Shown here: positions 57,473 through 64,000 of the stretch, one piece after another
Layout: the number at the start of each line of letters is the position of its first letter
Position numbering within the stretch: the first letter of the stretch is position 1
Assembly: GCA_902605365.1 (NCBI GenBank)
Contig: CACLCM010000001.1
Span: 6,762 to 70,761, forward strand
DNA: 64,000 bases
From: an uncultured Candidatus Poseidoniales archaeon
GTDB lineage: Archaea; Thermoplasmatota; Poseidoniia; Poseidoniales; Poseidoniaceae
Direction: 5' to 3'
Position numbers and translations under genes: made by a program
Notes under the pieces: model-generated
Databases searched by the model: none
The model's input: the letters and a program-made list of their open reading frames with translations, nothing else
What the model was told of the DNA's origin: nothing

Positions 57473-60454
57473 ATGAAGTCTAGACTTGCATTCTTTCTGA
57501 CTTTTTTATTTGCAATTTCAATATTGTTGCCACTAGCATCCGCTGCAGGTATGCAGGGTTGTACACTCAATGGTGGCGTTTGTGATACTTGGGATAAGGC
57601 CGATGACGGTACACCTAATCAACAGGATTGGATTGCCGGAGTTTATGAGTTCGATTTGGTAGATACTTCTACAATAAACATGGAGATGTCTTGGGCATTA
57701 CATGAATTCAATCGCACAACTATTGGTCTGGATGGTGCGATAATGAATGCAGCACTAGCCGCTGAAGGATTGAGTGCTCAAGATGGCGCTCCTGCCGACC
57801 TCATTCGCAATTATTTTGACCAAACCACTGCAGGTGCAGGCACTCCTACCGTTAGAGAGAAATTGGCTTTGGAAGTAAATAGCACGATTGAAGAGTTATT
57901 GGATAGCGGCTTTGGTTCTGTAAATTCAATCGATACAAATTATGTTAATTCAATCTCTAATTCAGGTATTACCACCACTTGTAGCGATGACCCTGATACA
58001 GATACAGCTGCGGAAGCAGGTCTTTCAGACAATGTATTTGACCCCCCTATTTGCTTCTCAGTAACCGCGAGCGTAACCCTTTCCACATCTACCTTCAATC
58101 TAGGCTCAGTCGACCCTTTAACACTGGACAGAGTTTACCGTGGAATGCTTGTAATGGGCTCAGATATCACTTCTGAATTTGACCTGTTTAGTGAACCGGG
58201 ACATTCATCGGTATTCGTGATTAATCCACCTGACTTTGCTACGGTTAAGAGCGTTGACTCATCAGGAGTTCAAATCGTGAAATCAGGCCCACCTTCCTAC
58301 ATGGCTGCACAATGGACAATCGACAATCTAGATGCACCAATTGCTGGCTCTAGAATCAGCCAGAGTGTCGATGTAGAAATCGGTCACCGTAATTCAACTC
58401 AAACAAATAGCGTTGAAATCTTGTCTCAAGATACTGGAATTACCCTGGATGTAACTCTCGACCTCTCTGATGAAAGTTCAGCTTGGATAGATATTGTGGC
58501 AGGAATTAACCATCTTGACCAATCAACAATGGGGGATTGGGGGGTGTCATTAGTCGATGTAACTTCGAATGCCAAGATCCCTTGGGTGACCTCAGATGGA
58601 ATACGCCTAGCATATCAAAACGATTTAGTTGAGCTAGAATCATTTACAGATAATTTCCCTATGGATAACGTTGGAGACTCTATTGAAAATGCAGTGCCCG
58701 GGGTCGGAGATATCGAAATAAATAATCCGTCTTGGGTATCTCAATCCATTGCGATAGGAATACCTGAACCAGGGGGTGGGCTCAATTACACACATAGTGG
58801 ATGTCCCGAATCTTTACCTCCGGGAACCGATGTCCATTATTGCATTGAAGGCCCCAATGCAATGGATGGGACTCATCCAGTTTACCTAAGGGCGACCTCT
58901 AGTACCTTTGAATTACATTTGCTAGATTTAGTTAAGCAAGAAGTGAGTGACTCCACTGGCATTCTTGATGTAATTCAAGAAAGCGACCTACGGAAGTTAC
59001 TAGATTCTGGACTCACAATAGATACACAATTTGGTGAGGATTTATTGCAAAATATGATTCCAGCAAATCTTCCACCCACTGAATTGACCCTAGAATTAAT
59101 CTTACCAATGTGGATGCAAGCTGCTACTGGAGACTCCTCAATCATCTTAGTAGAGAGGACAAATGGCGAGGATGATTTATCAATTTCAATGGCTGGACCT
59201 GCAGCATATAGTCCAGACCACGCAATCTTGGATTCTGACGGCAATGAAATTTGTTCAGCCAATGAGGCTGATTGGTCCTGTATCAACTTAGATGTTGAGA
59301 TGGATGTAAGTGATTTAGATTTCAATGAATGGGGCCCAAGTATAGAATTGACCGCTTCTTTTTCGGCATCCATCGATGTTTATAGAATTAAGATCCCAGA
59401 TGAAGTTTTGGACGAAATGAAATCTGAGAACACAACAGTTTCCCTTGAAGTAATACCTTCCGATTTAATCAGGCTCGGATTTGATATTGCAGACCGTCTT
59501 GCTGAACCTCTTACTGAGGATGTAGATGCCGGAGGGAATGAAGATGTTTCAATGGAAATAACCACTTCAGGGTTTGAAAAGTTCGTAAGAGATATTGGTG
59601 AAGAGGTCACCAATGAATTGCATAATCGGGCAGACGATTTAAGCGATGAAGAAGAATCCACAGAACTCGATTTATCTGGAGTCCAAATCATTACTTCTCT
59701 TGAAAATCTAGGTGGTATTGGTGTCTCTATGGGCGATGAGACTCCAATCACACTCAAAGTTCGGGTTCCTGAATTTACCCTAGAAGCAGGTGTTACCAAC
59801 GGTTGGGGTGGAATTACAGATGGTGACCCCACAGTTGGAGTCGCTACTGCGCTCCAAACTCCAATTATTTCTGTAGCAAATGCCTTCAGTAATGCATTGA
59901 CAAATATCGGCTCTCAATTTGTACAAATGGGTGGTTCAGGATTGACTTTGGATGAGGATGGAGAACCATTCGTATTCAATATTGAGGCTCGTGATTTAGA
60001 AATCAATGAAGATACAGATTCTGAATTGAGAGGGGAAATCACAATTCTATTACCAGATGGAATAACATTAGAGGATTTCCAAACAGCCAATGGTTGGGAA
60101 GAAGTAACCACAGAGGATGGAAAGCAGAAAATCACACTTTCATTAGAGTCATTCGTTGCAGGAGACGAATTTACATTCAGTGTCCAAGTTTCATGGTGGT
60201 TCATTCTGTCACAGATATGGATTTATCCTACTATTCTTCTATCTCTAATCGTTTGGCGAGTTAGGGCTCGAAGGAAGAAGAAGCGCCGTAAGAGAGAAGC
60301 GGCTAACACCACGAAAGTTGTCAAACCCGGAAAGGGCGGACTTTCAGATGCTGAATTTGCAGCTTTAGGTGCAGGATACGACCCTACTATGCCTAGCAGT
60401 GGCGACTTTGACTTGTATGCAGACGACAAGTATGGAAATGATAAGTGGAATTAG
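57473..60454 (+). CDS. Large secreted, membrane-anchored hypothetical protein
   Basis: Signal peptide, ~900-aa acidic outside region, C-terminal TM followed by RRKKKRRKR. Confidence 0.75.
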   Translation: MKSRLAFFLTFLFAISILLPLASAAGMQGCTLNGGVCDTWDKADDGTPNQQDWIAGVYEFDLVDTSTINMEMSWALHEFNRTTIGLDGAIMNAALAAEGLSAQDGAPADLIRNYFDQTTAGAGTPTVREKLALEVNSTIEELLDSGFGSVNSIDTNYVNSISNSGITTTCSDDPDTDTAAEAGLSDNVFDPPICFSVTASVTLSTSTFNLGSVDPLTLDRVYRGMLVMGSDITSEFDLFSEPGHSSVFVINPPDFATVKSVDSSGVQIVKSGPPSYMAAQWTIDNLDAPIAGSRISQSVDVEIGHRNSTQTNSVEILSQDTGITLDVTLDLSDESSAWIDIVAGINHLDQSTMGDWGVSLVDVTSNAKIPWVTSDGIRLAYQNDLVELESFTDNFPMDNVGDSIENAVPGVGDIEINNPSWVSQSIAIGIPEPGGGLNYTHSGCPESLPPGTDVHYCIEGPNAMDGTHPVYLRATSSTFELHLLDLVKQEVSDSTGILDVIQESDLRKLLDSGLTIDTQFGEDLLQNMIPANLPPTELTLELILPMWMQAATGDSSIILVERTNGEDDLSISMAGPAAYSPDHAILDSDGNEICSANEADWSCINLDVEMDVSDLDFNEWGPSIELTASFSASIDVYRIKIPDEVLDEMKSENTTVSLEVIPSDLIRLGFDIADRLAEPLTEDVDAGGNEDVSMEITTSGFEKFVRDIGEEVTNELHNRADDLSDEEESTELDLSGVQIITSLENLGGIGVSMGDETPITLKVRVPEFTLEAGVTNGWGGITDGDPTVGVATALQTPIISVANAFSNALTNIGSQFVQMGGSGLTLDEDGEPFVFNIEARDLEINEDTDSELRGEITILLPDGITLEDFQTANGWEEVTTEDGKQKITLSLESFVAGDEFTFSVQVSWWFILSQIWIYPTILLSLIVWRVRARRKKKRRKREAANTTKVVKPGKGGLSDAEFAALGAGYDPTMPSSGDFDLYADDKYGNDKWN

Positions 60455-62175
60455 TGAAGGGAATCGTAAATTCTCTGAGCTAATGATTGACCGATTCCTG
60501 GTACTGTTTTGAGGTCAATAACCGTAGCATGACTGATACCTTGTCTTCCTCCAAAGTGTCGAAGAAGAGATTGCAATTTCTTAGCACCTAATCCCTCTAC
60601 CGATTCAAGCGGGTCTGAAAGACGACTTTTGGCTCGTGATTTGCGGTGAAACTTGTTTACAAAACGATGCGCTTCGTCCCTTGCATGTACTAGAACACGT
60701 CCTCTTCGATCAAGAACCATATCATCATGACCATCTCTGTGAATCGTTTCCTCTCTCTTGGCAAGGCTTGCTAATTCCATGCGGTTACCTACGCCGTGGT
60801 CATCCAATAGGTTTGCAATAATTGCCAGATGAGTTTCACCTCCATCAATCAACAACAAATCTGGCCAATCTTCTACACGCTTAATCCATCTCTCAACAAC
60901 TTCTCTCATCATCCGCAAATCATCCATCGCATCTCCTTTGACGGTATAAGTTCGATATTCTTTCTTGGCGGGTCTGCCGTTTCGAAAACAAACACTTGCT
61001 CCAACTCTTGAATCTCCCAGAAGTTGAGCCATATCGAAACAAACAATGTGATTCAATGATTCCATTGACAAAAGTGTGGCTCCTTCATCAGCGGCTTTTT
61101 GCTCTAAAGAACCAGACGTTTTGTTTGCGAGTCTTTCAACTTGCATCTCGGCATTTTGCTTTGCTAGATTAGTCAAAGTAACAAAATCTCCTCTTGAAGG
61201 ACTTCTGTTCTCAACTTTAGAGCCACGGCGTTCTGAAAGCCATTGAATCACCGTATCTGTCATAGGAATAGGAGTTAGCAATAACCGAGGTGGCCTTCGA
61301 GTAGTATAATGTTCAACAATGAAAGTGGATATTGAATCTCCTTCATCTCCTCTGTGAATTAGAGGCCATGTTTCTTGACCTTTGATTACTCCATCATCTG
61401 CGTGAATTATCACGATAGCAGCTAATTCTCCTCTGACCCCTATGCCTATTGCGTCACAGTCTCTATAAACTGTAGATGAGATAACTTGTTGACTAGTAAC
61501 GCTGCGTACTGCCTTGATAGTATCTCTAACAGATGCAGCCAATTCATATTCCTGAGCAGCGGAATGCGCGTCCATTTCCTTCGCTAAATCCTCAATCAAA
61601 TCACTAGCGTCTCCGTCAAGGATTCTCCTTACACTGAGCACTCTCTGATCGTAATCTGTTGCACCAACACAAGGTCCACGGCATAATCCAATATGGCTTG
61701 CTAAACATCCGTCTTTGCCTCTACAATCTTTATCGCGTATTCCGAAATGTCTTCTTAACAATTGAACAACTTGTTTAGCTGCACCAGCATTAGGGAATGG
61801 ACCCCAAATCCATGAGTCCTTTTCGGGATGCCTGGTGTATTTTATACGCGGATATTCTTCTTTTGACAATGCTAGATAGGGGTATGATTTATCATCCTTC
61901 AACATCGAATTATACCTTGGCCTGTGTTGCTTAATCAACTGCCTTTCAAGAATCAAAGCCTCTTGAGGTGAATTGGTGACGATGCACTCGATGTCATCTG
62001 CTTTACTGACCAATTCTGGAATCATCGCTCGGTCAGGATTGGTTGCAAAATAAGAACGAATTCTTTGTGATAAAACCGTGGCTTTACCGACATAAAGAAC
62101 TCTGCCATTCGTGTTACGAAAGAGGTAAACCCCCGGTTTCGCCGGGAGGTCAACCAACGCAGAGTCCACCGGCAT
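60451..62175 (-). CDS. uvrC: Excinuclease ABC subunit C
   Basis: GIY-YIG (PGVYLF...LYVGKA), RYNSMLKDDKSYPY, UVR domain, PDLLLIDGG, RDEAHRF and HhH motifs. Confidence 0.95.
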   Translation of the reverse strand: MPVDSALVDLPAKPGVYLFRNTNGRVLYVGKATVLSQRIRSYFATNPDRAMIPELVSKADDIECIVTNSPQEALILERQLIKQHRPRYNSMLKDDKSYPYLALSKEEYPRIKYTRHPEKDSWIWGPFPNAGAAKQVVQLLRRHFGIRDKDCRGKDGCLASHIGLCRGPCVGATDYDQRVLSVRRILDGDASDLIEDLAKEMDAHSAAQEYELAASVRDTIKAVRSVTSQQVISSTVYRDCDAIGIGVRGELAAIVIIHADDGVIKGQETWPLIHRGDEGDSISTFIVEHYTTRRPPRLLLTPIPMTDTVIQWLSERRGSKVENRSPSRGDFVTLTNLAKQNAEMQVERLANKTSGSLEQKAADEGATLLSMESLNHIVCFDMAQLLGDSRVGASVCFRNGRPAKKEYRTYTVKGDAMDDLRMMREVVERWIKRVEDWPDLLLIDGGETHLAIIANLLDDHGVGNRMELASLAKREETIHRDGHDDMVLDRRGRVLVHARDEAHRFVNKFHRKSRAKSRLSDPLESVEGLGAKKLQSLLRHFGGRQGISHATVIDLKTVPGIGQSLAQRIYDSLH

Positions 62176-62262
62176 AGTGGCATTGTAGCGTCGGTGCATG
62201 AAGAATACATCGCCAAACAGTTAGGGGCAAGAAACATGGTTGATGAGCGATAGCAAACTAAC

Positions 62263-64000
62263 ATGGTGACTGGGCCAGAAGCAAGGATTCTCGCCCGGCT
62301 TGCTACTTTTTCTAGTAACTTAGAATCTGCTTGGGATGTACCTAGAGACCTTTGTTTGCCCGGGTTATCGGAGTATTTAGGAGTAGTTCGTTCAGCATTG
62401 CACGCTCCTTTGAATGAGTTGTTGAGCAAGAAATTGGTAGTTGAGCGTAAGGCTCATGTCATCGGTGGAGGCAGTAGAAAACGCAAGGTGTACCACGTTA
62501 CCGATTTGGGTAGAACCGAATGTGAAGGAGTTATTGTTCCAAAGAGAAAGAAAGCAGGAGAATTGCTTGGTAACCCGCCTTCTAAGACAATGTTACAGGG
62601 TCGAGACTCATTGATAGAATCTCTAAAACATAAAAATAAATTAATCCTAACAGGTTTACCTGGTATCGGTAAAACTTCCTTACTCAGATCGATCTCAGAT
62701 GTTTTAGTCAAAGAAGGTAAAACAGTGCGCTTTGCAACGATGGAGTCTTTCAAAGATATAACTGAAATATTTGCCGAATGGGGACTTGAATATTCCAGCG
62801 AATCAGCAGCATTACAATCCACAAAAAATGAGGTCTTGATTCTCGATGAACTCCAAGAGGTGAGCCTTCGTCACATTGGTCGATTGGAGTCCTTCGCACA
62901 AAAATCTGAGAACCTAATAATGGCAAGTAGAGGCCCTGTACCAATCAGTGATGGTTTTGAAATTGCTGATGTTCCTCCCCTTGAAGTTGAAGATGCAATT
63001 TGCCTTTTACCCCCTCATTTAGAGGATAAAGAATTGATTGCTGAGCGGCTGGGTGGACATCCTTTGGCATTGCAGTTGCATGATGAGAAATCAGAACTTC
63101 CTGAAGCCGGTTCAGATTTGCAAGAATGGGTGAAGGAAGTAGTTCTTGGTGACCTCGGCGATGAAATCAAGGCTTTAGACGAGTTATCACTACTGCCAGT
63201 TCCGGTGCCAACAGACCACCTTCAACATGAAGAATATCTTCTGGAATTAGATGACCATTCTCTTCTCAGATGGATGGAGAGTGGTGTTGAATTACATCAC
63301 TTAGTTCGTAATGTACGTTCAACTATGCTATCAGAAAAAGACCATGCATTAGCAGCAAAGTATTGGGCGCAAAGACAAGGAGACCTTGCAAGATTGGTAG
63401 AGATGCATCATATTTTGAAATCGGGTGGAAATATTGAGTCACATCTCCTTTCCAATGCTGAAGCCTTGATGGTTCGCTCAAGTGCAGGACTAGCTACCTT
63501 AATCGGAGATGCGATTTATCGTAGCCCCACCAAATCGTTACACAGAATCGCAGCATTAGTCGCTATCGAACGCGGAGAGTCGGAAATAGCATCTGGACAT
63601 TTACAAAATTGTGATGCCCCAGATTTAGAATACTCACTTTCGTTACTGGAAGGTAAAAATGAAGAAATCGAGATGTCAAAATCTGATGCAAAATTGATTT
63701 TATCAGAAGCAGCAAGGCGAATGGATGACCGTTTACCAGGGGAAATTCCAGATTCGGGGATACCGGATCTTCTGAATATGATTGACTTATCCGAAATTGA
63801 AGATGAAATGAAAAAAGTGGTATTAGTAGCAATGGCACACATCAGGCACGCGTGGTATATTGCAAACTCGAAATGGAGTGCTGCTACTGAAATCAGGGAA
63901 GACCTTGAATCGATATCTCATGCTGATGACCCTCAATTACAAGCTCTTAACATCCGTGCGGAAATAGCACAGACTCCTCAAAATTCACCTAATTTTGAAA
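62263..64000 (+). CDS. wHTH plus STAND/NB-ARC-like P-loop ATPase (3'-truncated; not in the ORF track)
   Basis: Manual translation from ATG 62263: N-terminal wHTH (LSEYLGVVRSALHAPLNEL...RKRKVYHVTDLG), GR motif, Walker A GLPGIGKT, Walker B LILDE, SR sensor and GGHPLAL. Appears open to the window end. Confidence 0.8.
   Translation, partial: MVTGPEARILARLATFSSNLESAWDVPRDLCLPGLSEYLGVVRSALHAPLNELLSKKLVVERKAHVIGGGSRKRKVYHVTDLGRTECEGVIVPKRKKAGELLGNPPSKTMLQGRDSLIESLKHKNKLILTGLPGIGKTSLLRSISDVLVKEGKTVRFATMESFKDITEIFAEWGLEYSSESAALQSTKNEVLILDELQEVSLRHIGRLESFAQKSENLIMASRGPVPISDGFEIADVPPLEVEDAICLLPPHLEDKELIAERLGGHPLALQLHDEKSELPEAGSDLQEWVKEVVLGDLGDEIKALDELSLLPVPVPTDHLQHEEYLLELDDHSLLRWMESGVELHHLVRNVRSTMLSEKDHALAAKYWAQRQGDLARLVEMHHILKSGGNIESHLLSNAEALMVRSSAGLATLIGDAIYRSPTKSLHRIAALVAIERGESEIASGHLQNCDAPDLEYSLSLLEGKNEEIEMSKSDAKLILSEAARRMDDRLPGEIPDSGIPDLLNMIDLSEIEDEMKKVVLVAMAHIRHAWYIANSKWSAATEIREDLESISHADDPQLQALNIRAEIAQTPQNSPNFE

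Overview
This looks like an archaeal chromosome segment, most consistent with Marine Group II Euryarchaeota (Ca. Poseidoniales). The assignment is inferred from aIF1A-RIO1-KH, uS2, eS8, SRP19, GAGGTG ribosome-binding sites, large acidic secreted proteins and an 11-subunit complex I. The window is mostly core genome: an S8 protease and Ig/CARDB surface proteins, a nuo/fpo-like operon lacking NuoEFG, ribosome-biogenesis and tRNA-modification genes, peptidases, gpmA, uvrC and a truncated wHTH-STAND ATPase. Three things stand out. (1) A ~2-kb island after dusB (30.4-32.45 kb) holds three orphan genes, each with its own TATA box, separated by dense clusters of an 11-bp motif (RCCCWTNCRAA). The outer clusters form a 96-bp inverted repeat and no recombinase gene is present. 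(2) A solo Cas4-like nuclease with four transmembrane helices inserted into it lies ~2.3 kb from that island. (3) An unannotated box C/D guide RNA has a D guide that fits C34 of an intron-containing pre-tRNA(Met), like haloarchaeal sR-tMet. All calls come from reading the sequence and recalled motifs; no database search was run.
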